From positions 71,796,001 to 71,860,000 of the forward strand of contig OZ260665.1 of assembly GCA_965285935.1 (NCBI GenBank): 64,000 nucleotides of DNA. Reading direction: 5' to 3'. The position numbers were made by a program, and so were the translations under genes. This DNA is from Ophelia neglecta. Lineage: Eukaryota. Every line of letters starts with the position of its first letter. Positions within the stretch are counted from its first letter, which is position 1. Below the pieces are notes generated by a model that searched no databases, had not been told where the DNA came from, and saw nothing but the letters and a program-made list of their open reading frames with translations. Below are positions 63,746 through 64,000 of the stretch, one piece after another.

Positions 63746-64000
63746 CGGGAGCCCCTGGCAGCGGTCGGACAGCTTAGGGCTCCCGCAGACAAAATCGACA
63801 AGAAACCAGGTAGATAGCATTTTGTCACTCCGCTCTCCAAAAGCAGTCAGTGCACAGTGCACTACCCGACGAGGGTAATTCAAGTTACCCTCGTCGGGAA
63901 AATGGCGGCCCGGGAAGACCCAAGGTTCGAATTTTACTCTTTTCAGCGCGAAAAAACGATCTCTTTTCTAATAACAACTTCACGCTGATACATAATAGTA

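Overview
AT-rich, intron-containing eukaryotic DNA with many G/C homopolymer runs and a dense transposon load, most consistent with a marine invertebrate (taxon not determinable from sequence alone). Four host genes are supported: (1) a minus-strand 3-coding-exon gene for a 143-aa two-TM protein with a PPAY tail (13162-9541); (2) a minus-strand SPMIP2/C4orf45 (DUF4562) homolog, four exons assembled (38065-30203, 3' end unresolved), with an RFX X-box 87 bp upstream of the ATG; (3) an orphan 351-aa single-pass membrane protein (43961-45016); (4) a GPRIN-family gene with a GRIN C-terminal domain (52212-53711). The rest is mobile DNA and repeats: two decayed, related Ty3/Gypsy elements (one with LTR and a tRNA-Asp-like PBS), a solo LTR, two copies of a ~2-kb non-autonomous Helitron, a Helentron/HINE-like element, Harbinger MITEs, L1/Tx1 and RTE LINE fragments, SINE-like elements, a DIRS/Ngaro-type ORF1 at the right edge, and 24-, 25-, 39- and 80-bp minisatellites. 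No CRISPR, rRNA or tRNA genes were seen. Most notable: a 90-bp perfect palindromic mini-transposon inside a candidate first exon; a TSD-flanked retroposon starting with a predicted pseudoknot plus hairpin (candidate functional RNA); and a 14-6-14 recombinase-site-like palindrome beside a tyrosine-recombinase retroelement ORF. All homology calls are from motif recognition by eye, not database searches.
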